A stretch of DNA of 64,000 nucleotides from NCBI RefSeq assembly GCF_009914755.1, contig NC_060929.1; one strand, 5' to 3'. Both the position numbers and the translations under genes were made by a program. The notes below the pieces were generated by a model. It had not been told where the DNA came from, searched no databases, and worked only from the letters and a program-made list of their open reading frames with translations. Shown one piece after another: positions 20,256 through 40,037 of the stretch. The DNA is from the human T2T-CHM13v2.0 reference genome, Homo sapiens. Numbering within the stretch: the stretch's first letter is position 1; every line of letters begins with the position of its first letter.

Positions 20256-21315
20256 TTCTGAATGGAAAATAACAAATAGTACCTAGGATGGGTTAACTTT
20301 GAGACATAAACAGTTTCTCTTAATGGAAACAAACAATGGTCTTTACAAATTTAGACTGAATAGTGAAAAACTACCATGAAAAAGCAGCAGCAAAAAAGCC
20401 CCATCCTAACGAACAACATTAATGTGATTGTTTTTGTCCTCGCTGTCACAGCCACACAGAAGGCTCTGTGCAGACTGTGGTCTTATTGTCTCTCCCCTGG
20501 AAAGTTCCTAAGCCCCAGTATGTTGAGCTTTTAGGACACTAGAACATTGTGACATTTTGCCAAAATTTTCCAGTTAAAAAATAAAGGATTATTTTGCCCA
20601 GGAAATTCTATCATCATTGCTAATGAAGACAAAGATTGGAGAAGGAAGAAGAGAGGAAGAAACACAGTGCCATGCATAAATAACCAAGCTGCAGCCTCTA
20701 GCCTCTTACCACTAATAAACAAATGCTCAAGAGCTTGTGTTTTAGAGACAGAAACTTATTCTGGGGGAAGCAGAGCCTTTCTTCCTGCTGAGTGCCCCCA
20801 GCATAATCTGTGTTTTGTTGTTGTTGCTGTTCCTTGCTCTTGCTCCAGCCATTTTTATCTGGAACTGAAGTCCTGTAGCTGCCATAATAAATTCCTGCAA
20901 ACCGAGTAGCTTAAAACAACAGAAACTTACTCTGTTACAGTTGTGGAGACCAGAGGTCCCCAATTAAGGTGTCAACAGGGTCCCACTCCCTCTGAGGGCT
21001 CTAGGGGAGAAACCTTCCCTGCCTAAAGGTTAGTAGTGGAAATGTTTGTGCTGCTAACTGTGCTACGCTTACTTCCATTCATCAACATCTGGGAAGGTAA
21101 CAGGTAACCAGAAGTTTACATTCTGAAAACTTCCAGAAAAACATCCCTCTCCACGGCCCCACTTCTAGCTCCTGAAATCATGAGACTCAAACCACTTCAA
21201 CCTACTGTAACATATCCAAGGTGTTAATTGACTCTCACCCTAGGATGAGAGTCAGGTATGTAGACAGTAACCTCTGATCCCACTTTGAAAAGGAAAAATC
21301 CAAGTGATGAGAGTG

Positions 21316-21368
21316 GCGTTGGTGGTGTAATGGTTATAGTGGTTATAGTGGTGTGCCTAGCTGCCTTC
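21316..21368 (+). pseudogene. 5'-half tRNA-Gly(TCC)-derived tailless retropseudogene
   Basis: gcgttggtgg...tatagtggtgtgcctagctgccttc matches the tRNA-Gly-TCC 5' half (GCGTTGGTGGTATAGTGGTGAGCATAGCTGCCTTC), ends in the anticodon loop, flanked by atgagagt repeats at 21307-21314 and 21376-21383. Confidence 0.75.
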
Positions 21369-22187
21369 TGATACAATGAGAGTCACTGCCATGTGAAGAA
21401 TTGTTACTGTTTTGTCATTATCAATAGTTATTGAACATAAGGTACATAGACAGTAACCTGGGACCTCATTCTGAAAAAAAAAAAAAAAAACTCAAAGTGA
21501 CCACAGTCACTACTATGTGACAAATTCTTGCCATTTAATCATTGTAAATATTTATCAAATATTTAGAGCTATACCCCAACTCATGAGGACATAGACTCTT
21601 ACTCTTTGGAACTTGGGCCACCCGGGGAATAGGTAGCTGAAAGGAGACCTGCATTCATCCCTGTTTTCATTTAGCATTGCCAATATTTCACTGATGCTTA
21701 GTTAGGTAAGTAAAATCAGTACTATCAATGACTTCTTCCCCAGACCACACACCCTCAAAGGTAGAGTTCACCTTCCTGTTTCTTGCTCGTTGTTCAGTAT
21801 CACAAATTATTCCTCTGAAGGCTGTAAATAAAACTCTCCAATATTTACATAGCTGATGGTCTCAAAGTGGCAAGCAAGCAGATCTTCTGAGAATCTCTAG
21901 ACCATCTGGCTGCCTACCCACCCTGCCGCCCACCTCATGTCCTGCTCCCTCCACCACACAGACCTAGCTTGACTCCTCCCCGAAACACCTCCCCTCTAGA
22001 AAGGAGATTGTCAATCAACACCTGACATTCAGTCTTTTACTACTGCTTACTTCAAATTATTTTAAGCTCTCTGTGAATTAGCTCTTGGAATCATTGAATA
22101 GGAAACCCGATAAGCTGATGTTTAAGGATTTTTTCCTACCTTTAACCAAGTTGCTAAATAGAGGGCAAATTAAACATGGTATACTAA

Positions 22188-22318
22188 GCCTGGTGCAGTG
22201 ACACATGCCTGTAGTGCCACCTAGTTGAGAGGCTGAGGCCGGAGGATCACTTGAGCCCAGGAGTTCCAAACCCAACCTGGGCAACATAGTAAGATTCCAT
22301 CTCTAAAGACAAGCAAAC
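22188..22318 (+). mobile_element. FLAM Alu monomer
   Basis: gcctggtgcagtgacacatgcctgtagt...caacatagtaagattccatctct; aaacatggta(t/c)acta repeated on both flanks. Confidence 0.85.
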
Positions 22319-22475
22319 ATGGTACACTAGTACAACAAGAGTTTAGGGGATAATTGAGTTATTTCTACCTGTCATCTCTAAAGCCAGGACAAGGTTGTTT
22401 CAACAAGGAATGTTGTTGGTGGATTTCACATTTCCAGACATTTGGTGCTGTAATCTCCAAGCCCATCTGCATGGG

Positions 22476-22832
22476 TGATATGGTTTGGCTGTGTCCCCAC
22501 CCAAATCTCATCTTAAATTGTAGCTCCCAAAATTCCCACGTGTCATGGGAGGCACCCCGTGGGAGGTAATTGAATCATGGGAGTGGGTCTTTCCTGTGCT
22601 GTTTTTGTGATTGTGAATTAGTTTCGCAAGATCTGATAGTTTTATACAGGGGTGTTTCCTTGCACAAGTTTCCTCTTGCCTGCCTCCAGGTGAGACGTGC
22701 CTTTTACCTTCCACCATGATTGTGAGGCCTCCCTAGCCACGTGGAGCTGTAAGTCCATTAAACTTCTTTTTCTTTATAAATTACCCAGTCTTGGGTATGT
22801 GTTTATCAGCAGAGTGATAACAGACTAATACA
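22476..22832 (+). mobile_element. THE1 solo LTR (MaLR)
   Basis: tgatatggtttggctgtgtccccacccaaatctc...cagactaataca with perfect 5-bp TSD atggg (22471-22475, 22833-22837). Confidence 0.93.
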
Positions 22833-22943
22833 ATGGGAAGCTGCATGGAATACAAGTCTGACCTCTGAGTTGCTAATTCATCCACCTTGACCAAGCAGGG
22901 ACTCCATTTCATAACTAAAGAAATGGTTAAAACAGCACTTTGA

Positions 22944-26117
<3,174 letters not shown>

Positions 26118-26131
26118 AAACAGCACTTTGA

Positions 26132-26275
26132 GCCAGGCACATTGACAGCTGCCTGTCATCTCAGCAACTCGGAAGGCTGAGGCAGGGGATCACTTCAGCC
26201 CAGCAGTTCCAGACAAGCCCAGGCAACATAGCAAGACTCTGTCTCAAACAACAACAACAACAACAACAATAAAAG
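26132..26275 (+). mobile_element. FLAM monomer with (ACA)n tail
   Basis: gccaggcac...ggctgaggcagg...caacatagcaagactctgtctc then acaacaaca. Confidence 0.85.
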
Positions 26276-26494
26276 ACTAGCATTTTGCAGGCCTCTCAGA
26301 TTAGGCCCTTCCTAATTCAGACGGTGTCCCACATGAAAGAAAAGCTGACCCCAGGGAACACGTATTCTATTTTATGGAATGAAGTGTTGCCCATTAAAAG
26401 AAAAAAAAAAGAAAGAAAGAAAGAAAAAGAAAAACTGACCCCCCAAATGTCCCAGGGGTAGGGGAGCAGGTATACTCTTTTAAATAAAAACTCA

Positions 26495-26832
<338 letters not shown>

Positions 26833-26899
26833 TTAAAGATGGGTAGCAAAGGGCACCAACTGCTGGAGATTCATGAAGCCAGGACACAGCTTTCCAAGT

Positions 26900-27400
26900 C
26901 TCCGTGGACCAGGTCTGTGGCTCCCTACTTAGCAACCAAGCAATAGTCTGAGCAATCAGAGAAGCAGCAGCCTGAAAAATGAACTGCAGAGTCAAAAACT
27001 CAGTCTACAGCAGAAACACGTGAGCTGACACTTTCACTCAGATTTAGAAATAAAGTTCTTTTGACCTTAGAGAGAAGTGGGCTTAACAAGCTGCAGGCAT
27101 GAGAGAGGTCCCCTTTGCTTCCCCTGGGCTGGAAGCAAGAACAAAGCACGATTTGTTCCGGAAGTTGACCGCAAAAGCTTGATATCTGGGCAAAGTCCCT
27201 TTACAGCCACTGCTGGGCAGCCCATCCCCCTCAAGTCCCTGGAGCTCCTGCCTCCTGGGACCGGAGGAACTCTTCTTTACAGATGAGATGTATTGGTGAG
27301 ACACCAGGGGGCAGAGGTGGCAGGCTGCGTTGGATAAACGCAATGGAAGGAGCTGATTTGCACTGCCATGGTAGGGGAGAAGACATTTACAAACATTAAG
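26900..27400. promoter_or_regulatory. Candidate regulatory element with E-box, ETS, nuclear-receptor-like and CTCF-like motifs
   Basis: CACGTG 27017-27022, CCGGAAGT 27158-27165, gggcaaagtcc near 27188, acaccagggggcag 27301-27314; motif matches only. Confidence 0.5.
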
Positions 27401-27488
27401 CATCCGCTACAGCTCTTGGTGGGGCCTAGGCATGGGGTTCAGAGGGTAGTGTGGATTGGAATAAGGAATAGAACAGAACAGAATACAG

Positions 27489-27801
<313 letters not shown>

Positions 27802-28466
27802 TTATGAAATTATTTTATTTTATATTTAAATATTGTAGCTTTAAAAATTACAGAGGGCCTCTACCCTGATCTGCTTCATATTTAAGATACTGAGATAAGA
27901 ACAAATAGCCTTCCTATTTCATTCTCCATGTTCAAGACACATCATGGAATTTTATCCTTGCTATAAATATACATTTTATATTTGATTTTCCTAATGTTGC
28001 GGGCAAACTGCTGGGTCACTGGAAGAATTGATTCTCTGGCCTCACTGGCAACAGGGCATCAAAACTGAAAAGCAGCCTGGGGAACTGGATGTCATTAGCA
28101 TCCTCACTGTAATGTTTGCTCAAACTATAAACTTATCACTTAAAATATTAAAGCAGAGTATGTTCAGAAGCACAAGCATAAATAAAAGTTTAAGTAAGGT
28201 ATTTGTGAGGAGTTTTTCCCTACTTTATTTATTAAACATTCAGAACATCAATTTTAAATCATCAGTGACCTAACTTTGCATGGTAAATGAGCATAGGCAG
28301 GTAGCCTGGGGTTCCAGTTTGAGCTCAGCCAATTGTTAACTGTGACCTTGGCCAAGTTTCCTTATGTAGCTCAGAGCCTGAAGCCTGTTAAGCACTGTCA
28401 ATAAACGGCTTGTACTAGCAATTCCTGTTCAATCAGTATTTAATCCTTGTCTACTCTTAGCGATCA

Positions 28467-29167
28467 TGAAACCACCATTGCAAAATTATAACTGAGACAG
28501 TGAAAGAGATCTGATCTTACTAACTCCATCTTGCTTCTAACCTCCAAGTTGTCCTTGTTCATTCCTGAGCATAGGCCAAATTAACTTTGGGAGAAACTTA
28601 GTTTATAGTTTGAAACAAAGATGGTAACAGCCCTTTCCCAAAATGAACTAGACTGCCTTTGTAGAATTAACAAATTAGCCAAAAGATTAGATTATGGTTT
28701 AGAAGTCAGGCAGCTGGAGGCTGCAAGATTCTAAACCTCCCCAAATTGCCCCTGGGGATAACGTCACTATTGTGAAGCCTAAGATCAGTTCTTGAGATAT
28801 TTTGCAGACCCTGTACTTGATGCATCAGCTGGCACCACCCAGGCTCGTAAACTGGCTCATCTGGTCTTGTAGCCCCCACCCAGGAGCTGACTCAATGCAA
28901 GAGGACAGCTTCAACTCCCTGTGATTTCATCTCTGACCTGACCAATCAGAACCCCCAATTCACTGGCCCCCCTACCCACCAAATTATCCTTAAAAACTCC
29001 AGTCCCTAAATTCTCAGGGAGACTGATTTGAGTAATAATAAAACTCTGGTCTTCTTGCACAGCCAGCTCTGTGTGAATTACTCTTTCTCCATTGCAATTC
29101 CCCTGTCTTGATAAATCGGCTCTGTCTAGGCAGTGGGCAAGGTAAATTAATCCATTGGGGGGTTACA
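28467..29167 (+). mobile_element. ERV1-class solo LTR (LTR8 family)
   Basis: tgaaaccaccattgcaaaattataactgagacagtgaaagagatc...ggttaca, TG..CA ends, 4-bp TSD atca (28463-28466, 29168-29171), internal aataaa near 29037. Confidence 0.88.
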
Positions 29168-29864
29168 ATCATAGTCAAAATTAGTTCAAACCACATAAAT
29201 CAATAATGATCTTTAACAGAGAGTGCTCTCCCTCATCTCTCTTCTTGGAGACAAGAGATGGTAACAAAAGTCCAAGTTGAAGCTTCACTACCTATGAGAT
29301 CATGGAAATGACTTTTCAAGGAACACAACAATTGGCCCAGAAAAAGGTAGGAAAATAAAATATAAAAAGTAGCTATTGAAATGAAAATTAAAACAAAGGG
29401 AATATAACTTTAAAAGTGAAAACAAGACAATATAATGCAAGTTCTGTTTCTGAAGTATCTTTGGCACCCATCCACTGTCCGAGCTTGATAAGCCCTACCG
29501 TCTTCCACTGGACCCTGCCACTACCTCCCCAGGGTCCCCTCTTCCGCCCATTCGCCACACCAGTCTTGACTAAGGTAACATGGGTTCTTAGCAACACGCG
29601 GTCTAATCCCATGTGTACCAAATGGTGTAGATGGTTGTGTATATATCTATGGATGTACAGAGAAAAACTCCTCACAGCATAAACTAAAAAATATCAAGTG
29701 GCTCTCTAACATGTGACATATTCTTTTTATATTTTAGAAACTATTGAGAATTGGAAAAAACATTAATTCTATAATCAGAAAATAAAGCCACTTTTTAAAA
29801 AGAAGAAAGCAAGCTCTCAATGACATTCTACTGCAAACAGGGCAAAGTCCAAACTACCATTTAA

Positions 29865-30264
<400 letters not shown>

Positions 30265-30656
30265 ACAGTCCCACTTTCAAGCTTTCACCTATCCTGTTCT
30301 CATAGCCTGCCTCTTGGAGATGTCCCAGTCCTCCCTCTTCCCTATCCTTCCCCACCCCTTCACCCCCCATCCCCCACGTGCTCTGGTAAGTACCTGGAGC
30401 ATTCATTTCATTTGGCTATGTCACATAATTAATTGTACTTAATGTTTTTCTCTTCTCCACTAAGCAGTAAGCTCTTCAAAGGCAGATTGTATCTTCTACC
30501 CAGAGTATCTGGCTTACAGCCTTGCACCCAAAGATATCCAATAGATGTTTGTTGAAATAAATTATTGAGGAATGCAGAGCACGATACACCTGAGGCAGTT
30601 TGCAGAAGGCTTTACAGGGGTGGGCCTTGAGGTGAGTCTAAAGAATGGGTAAGGTA

Positions 30657-31110
<454 letters not shown>

Positions 31111-31624
31111 GCGAATTCTACTCCTAGGAGCCTATCCTAAGGAATTACTCAGAAAGGTGCACAAAGTCTTATATATCAACAGCATCATTTATAAGAATTA
31201 AAAACTAGAAACAATATAAACAATGAAGAACAAGAAAACAAAGTATAATACTACATTTATTTGATGCTATCATTAAAAGTTGTATGTTTTTGAAGACTAG
31301 ACTAGCTATTGTCATTGGGAGGAATGCTCACAATATAAAGTGAGGGGGAAATGTTTAAATTGTTTGCATCTTGGGGACAGGGCTGAACTCAGAAATTGCC
31401 CCTGGGGATTGGATTGGGGAAAGGGGACCCTTTACATTTTAGTCTTCTGTTTTCCTTTTGAGTAATACTAATAGTAGTGACTATACTACTAATAATAATT
31501 CAAATGATTACTGTAAGCCAAGCATTATGCTAAGTCTTTTGTGTTTATTTTCTCACTTAATTCTCTCAACCATCTGAGCAGGTAAGTACTATTTTCCTCA
31601 TTCCTTTACAGACAAGAAAGCTGA

Positions 31625-32059
<435 letters not shown>

Positions 32060-32889
32060 TAAATTAAGGAACTGATTCTACCTCTGCCAGGCAGTTCCCT
32101 CAACTAGAAACCTCTTCCCCGTCTACATAACTCCCTGATCTCCTTCAAGTCCTTGTTTAAATGTCACTTTCACAACGAGTACTATCCTGACTGCCCAGAT
32201 CAAAATTGCAACCTGACCCTCATCCGTTATACCCCGCTGTGCTTTTTTCATAGCATGTATTTAGTATATCATATAGTTTTCGGATTCACCATATGCTTCT
32301 GTTCTCCTCCAACACATGAGCCCCACTAGGTCACGGGTTTTTAAATCTGTCTTGCTAACTGACGCATCTTAGCCAAAAAAAAAAAAAAAAAAGTCCTGGC
32401 ACAAACTACGTGCTCAATACCTATCTGTGGAACAAACGAAGGTTTAAAACCATGGCATGACTCCGCATTGCTTTCTTACTTTAAAGCATAAACATACATA
32501 CACACATGGGAGACAGGGAGAGGATATTTCAAAATGTTAATGGTGATTTCAAGTGATTTTTTTTCCTTCTTTATGTTTTCCTCTATGTTTTCCTGTTATG
32601 TTTATGTTTCCTGTGGTTTTATACCCCAAATTCTACGTGAAAATGTATTCTCTTACCATGAGAAAATTGCTTTTGAAAACGTCTCTCTAAACCTAGAGTA
32701 ACGTGCATTGCCGCGCAGAGTGAATTGGTTTTGCTGTAAATCTCATGAAGCCGTTTTCCTGCATGAAACACAGTAAAAAAAAAAAAAAACTGGAGTGGTA
32801 TTGACGACCTTTAAAAAAAAAAGATTGTTCTGAAATCATCGCTTGGTGTTTTGCAGTGGTTAAATGTTTATTAAAGGAATAAAAATCCA

Positions 32890-35009
<2,120 letters not shown>

Positions 35010-36503
35010 AGGTCCCTGGGGCTACCACCTGGTTGATCTATCGTGGCCTGCTCGTCGCAGTCCAAACCCGCCCAAGACTGCAGCCCAATCAACGCCTGGA
35101 GCCTCATTCTGTTTCCAGCTTTGTCCAGGGCAGCCTGTTTTACCCAGATGGGCCTGCACCTCCAGCTTCTTTCTGAAGCATGACCCATCTCCAGAGATGG
35201 GATTTGAGAAATCAGTGAGAGCTTCCTATAAAGAACTCCAGGAGACAGGCCTGAACTCTAGAGGGAACTTGAAATCCAGGGTCAAAGGTTAAGGGGCAGC
35301 AGCTGGTCTGGCCCCTGAAAGCCTTCACCTGATGCCTCTGCAGCTACACAATCCCAAGACAGAGCTAGAGCAAGGGTCTCTTTAAATGTTGAAAGATGTT
35401 AGGTTGTCAGCTTTAAGATATGTGGTGGTTTTGTAATTTGATGCTTTTATTCTGTTTTTAAATTGAAATGAGGTAATGCAACTTTCGTAATAACCTTTTG
35501 GAATTATATTTTTCCACTTTTAGGCAAAGTGCTTAGACATTTTCAATTTTTTTTTTGCTAAATACTTTGGAATTCTATTTAAAAAATAGATGATCAAGAT
35601 CTAAAGGAAATTAATCCCAACCAACAAACTTAAAAGTTTATCTACCTCGTTTTAGGCAATCAAGATTCTGGAGAGTCTTGAACACAGAATAACGATTGTG
35701 ACCATTATGAATGTAACTAATTTCAGTTGTACTGTGAATGCTAAATATTTGCAAACAAGTACATCTTGAAAGTAAAGGTGACTTAGAGAAAAGAGACATT
35801 TTGACAGATACTTTTAATTTGTGGTTGTCTCCATCATGAAATAGAAACGTGTTTGGCACTTGTGGGTGGCTATTTTGATTTGGCATGACTACTTAATTTT
35901 TTAAAAAAATTGTGGTTTGTGAATTGCACCTTTGTGCCATGTTTCTGAATCTGGTTTTCAAATCCAGTGGAGCCTTTCAGTGAAATAGGTGACTATTAAA
36001 AAAGTAATAGTATTACAGAAAAATGAGCGATTAAATAGTAATGGATACAATTAAGGAGCAACTATTTTATATGACTGTTCTGTACAAACAAAAAGTATGT
36101 AATACCCATTTTAAAAAACCATTTGAAAGTAGACAACTTATTCCAAAATAGCAAATGCAGAATCTCTGCTCAGTGAGCTTGGATGAGTGGCTTAACTTCT
36201 CTGGGCCTTTGTTCCTATCTGTAAATGAGAAAGTTTGTAGATATTGCCAAGATTTCCCAGGCTCAATACAGTGTAATTATTTTATGTTTTAAAGATATGA
36301 AATCTGTTTACTCAACCAATTTTTTAAATGTCATATTGTGATAATGCTCTGCTTTTGCAAATTGTGTTTGCATGTCATTAGTTATATCAAATAGTTTTGT
36401 GGCATGGGGTAGTGGAGCTTCCCTCCCCACCCCCATATGTATCAGTGAAGCCTTTGAAATTACTTAAGGCAGTCTTTCATGGAATGTTTTGATTGAGCAA
36501 TGA

Positions 36504-36509
36504 AATAAA
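36504..36509 (+). terminator. SOWAHA: Likely SOWAHA polyadenylation signal (3'UTR about 35010-36530)
   Basis: AATAAA followed by T/GT-rich downstream sequence at the end of an AT-rich UTR-like tract. Confidence 0.7.
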
Positions 36510-37958
36510 CAGTCCTCCATTTTGTTTCTGCTTGAGTGGTGATGTACTTCCCTTAAAAATTGTACAGTTTTTGCTATTGTATTTTTCTTTTCTTTTTATC
36601 TAATTTCCTTCATTCTTCTGCCTCTTTCAAGCATTCTGTTATTGAAAGAAGTTGGATTGCTCTGCAAAGTAAAGGAGTCAACCACACATGGATATCGTAA
36701 TGGAGAACTGTAGATAAATGTGGGCCCTGATGTGACCTTCCCACCTTCCTTGCCTGGAACTCTGCATAAATTATTTTAAAATGCAAATTAAATCTTCTGC
36801 CTCTGCTGAAAAATTGTAGGAGACACAATTATAGCAATTGGAGTAGCTGACAGTCTAGAAAACAGAATAAAATACTAGAGATTTTCCATGGTAAAAGAGA
36901 CACCTGACTCAGACAGGGCCTCAGACAAAGGTCACAGACACAGGTATGACCTGCCTTGATAAAGACAACGTTTAAACCAGCAAAGTAGTAATAACAATAA
37001 CTAATGTTTATTGCACACTTAAATCAGAGGAGGGTCATTTGAACTGCCAGAAGAATCTATGTGTTTCAGAAGAGTGTGCTGCAAGCCTTCCAAGTGAAGT
37101 AAAACATTTAGCAAGAGTTTAGGATCAATATACCTAAAGCTCAGGTGTTAGAAAACACTGCTTTTCCTTGCAGGCCAAAGCTTTCTGCAACTATAAGGTA
37201 AGCCGATAAGAAATTATAGTTTCATACGCATAGGGAAAGTTTTTAAGAATCATATATCACCTAGCAGGAGGCACACCGTTAGAAGGGTATTTTCAACACT
37301 AACAGAAAATAATTGTGAAGGCAATTTAGCTGACAAGAATTGTCACAGGGACGAAATCACGCCTTTTAATGAGGGAGAATTGTTGATGTAGATGGGTATG
37401 AGTCGTATCCATAGCAAGCTTTTAAGTAAAGTTTTACATATCCTTTAATGGAGGTTGGAGGTTATTCTTAAGCATGTCTCCCTTACCTAATGGAGATCCA
37501 GGGTAATGCATATACTGTATAACCTGTGCTGATTAAGTGCCAGGCACAATTCGAAACACTTTGCAGGTATTAATCGCAAGTTTATAAGGTATGTACTATT
37601 TGTATCTTGATTTTAAAGTGAGGAAACTGAAGCCTAGAGAAGTCATAAGTTACTTGTCTAGGCCTCACAGCTAGTAAATGCAGAGCTGGAATAGTCTCCT
37701 GGTTCTCTTTTTCATGACACTGTCTGCTATCCTATTGCAGGAAGCAGGGTGGGCTCATCTCAGCCCTTTTTACTCATTTAGTGTCTTTGGGCAAGTCACC
37801 CAGCTCCCCAAACTCCATCTTCCCTGTCTACGGGACAAAAGGCTTCCTGTACCTATTTCACAGGCTGTGGGGGAAGGAAGAGCACGTAGAATGAGTGGAT
37901 AGAGCTCTTTATGAACTGCAACACCAATGTGGGGTGCCGAGTTGGTTCCAGGGGGTAA

Positions 37959-38325
<367 letters not shown>

Positions 38326-38538
38326 TGATCACCATTCTTTTAACATGTTGGTGATTGTATACATAAGTAACAATCGACTCTACTAGGAAAAATGTATTCC
38401 CACAAGAGGGAAATTATCCCATATTCTGTACATGATATCACTTTAGTTAAAATAGAAATAATGTCTTTCTAAACTCACATTCCTCTAGCATTCCTACTCC
38501 TACCTTCCAGACCTAACCACTGCTATTCAGCCACCTGA

Positions 38539-38830
38539 GCTGGAGTGCAATGGTGGGATGTCGGCTCACTGCAACCTCCGCCTCCCTGGTTCAAGCGATT
38601 CTCGCTTGAAACGATTTCCGTGCCTCAGCTTCTCGAGCAGCTGGGATTACAGGCGTGCACCACCACGCCTGGCTAATCTTTTGTTAGAGACGGGGGTTTC
38701 ACCATGTTGGCCAGGCTGGTCTCGAACTCCTGAGCTCAGAACTCCTGAGCTCAGGCAATTAGCCCGCCTCGGCCCCCCAAACTGCTGTGATTACAGGCGA
38801 CAGTCAGCCTGTATTTATAGGCGCCTGGCC
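38539..38830 (-). mobile_element. Tailless rearranged Alu
   Basis: Starts at gctggagtgcaatgg with no poly-T; carries internal duplications. Confidence 0.85.
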
Positions 38831-39279
38831 TATACTTAGATTCTCTTTTGCTCTCCAGATAGCCTTTTGCCTTGAACCCGCCTCACCTGTTTGGAACTGC
38901 CACACCTCCAGACTTCAACCTGGGGCCGGGGTGCCTCAGGTGTGCCTGCAGGGAAGAAAAAAGAAAGCAGAGACATCGAGATCTAGATTCTCTCCTCAAA
39001 GAAAAAAAAATCCTCCTCGTGGGAAGTGGGTGCTGATTTAAACATCAAAGACAACAGGTAAACGTCCATTGTGACCTTCCACGCTGTAGCTAGGCTGACA
39101 GCAACACTATGGGGTCCTCAGCAATTGCCGCCTCCCGCCTTCCTGCGCCCCCAAATGCCCCTTTCACCTGTTTCTCTCTGCAGCCCTCAAACACATTTGA
39201 CCTAAATTTCCTGAGCTCCTGGTTTACATGTGAATGCACAGCACGGCAATTTGTTCCAATGAGGAGCCCTGAGGTTTGC

Positions 39280-39800
39280 GCCAGCCGCTCTCAGGGGTAA
39301 GTTTTGTGCCGAGCAGGATGTTCAAGACAGACTGCGCGCCGGTTTCGGGCACCGCCGAACATGGCTTCCCTGTTCCGTTTCTAATTTACAGCCTGAAGGT
39401 AAAAAGTACACTGATTAAATCCATGTTAGGAGGAGCAGCGGGGGCGGAATAAGCGAGCTGGGGAGGCGGCCGCGGGGCTGCCTGTTGCCCAGCAACGATG
39501 CCAGCCGCGGCCTGTGCTCCCCCAAAAGCCCGAAAGCACCGCGGCAGGCAGCCAGGAAGGAGGATGGGGCAGGGGTGCCGGCGGCTAAAGGAGATGGGGG
39601 CGCAGAAACCCCTATAGGGACCCATGCAACCCGCTTTCTCACCCTGGGAGACTACGCAAGGCTTTTTTGTTTTGTTTTTTTTGTTTTTTTGATACTTATG
39701 TTCGAAATCAAAAAGTGCACTGATCGAATCCGTATTAGGAGGATATGATTTAATCAGTGTACCGTTTAAATCCCCCCACACCCCTCCCCCCGACTGCCCT
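39280..39800. promoter_or_regulatory. Intergenic CpG-rich element with RFX X-box
   Basis: Local CpG enrichment; palindromic gttgcccagcaac 39484-39496; GC box ggggcgg near 39441. Confidence 0.65.
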
Positions 39801-40037
39801 CTCTCCCACTTCTCATTGGCCAGCAACTTTCCAACAAAGGCCCAGTGGCAAAGACAGCCAGCCTTTCCCTGCCTGGCTGGTCAGTTTCTTTCTGAAAGAA
39901 GCAAAAGGCTCAGCTCCAGCTTTCGGGCCTAACTGCTCAGCAGGGCAAGTCAAAGTCCCTGTGGCTGGCCCAGAGGGCCTGGTAAGCTGGAGAAGCTGCG
40001 AATGGCGAAGCGTAGGTACCAGCTTTCACCATTAGGA

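Noticed and set aside
39300-39712. Pol III gene suggested by gttcaagac, gttcgaaatc and a T-tract
   Set aside because: No properly spaced A-box, and the better B-box-like motif lies after the T-tract
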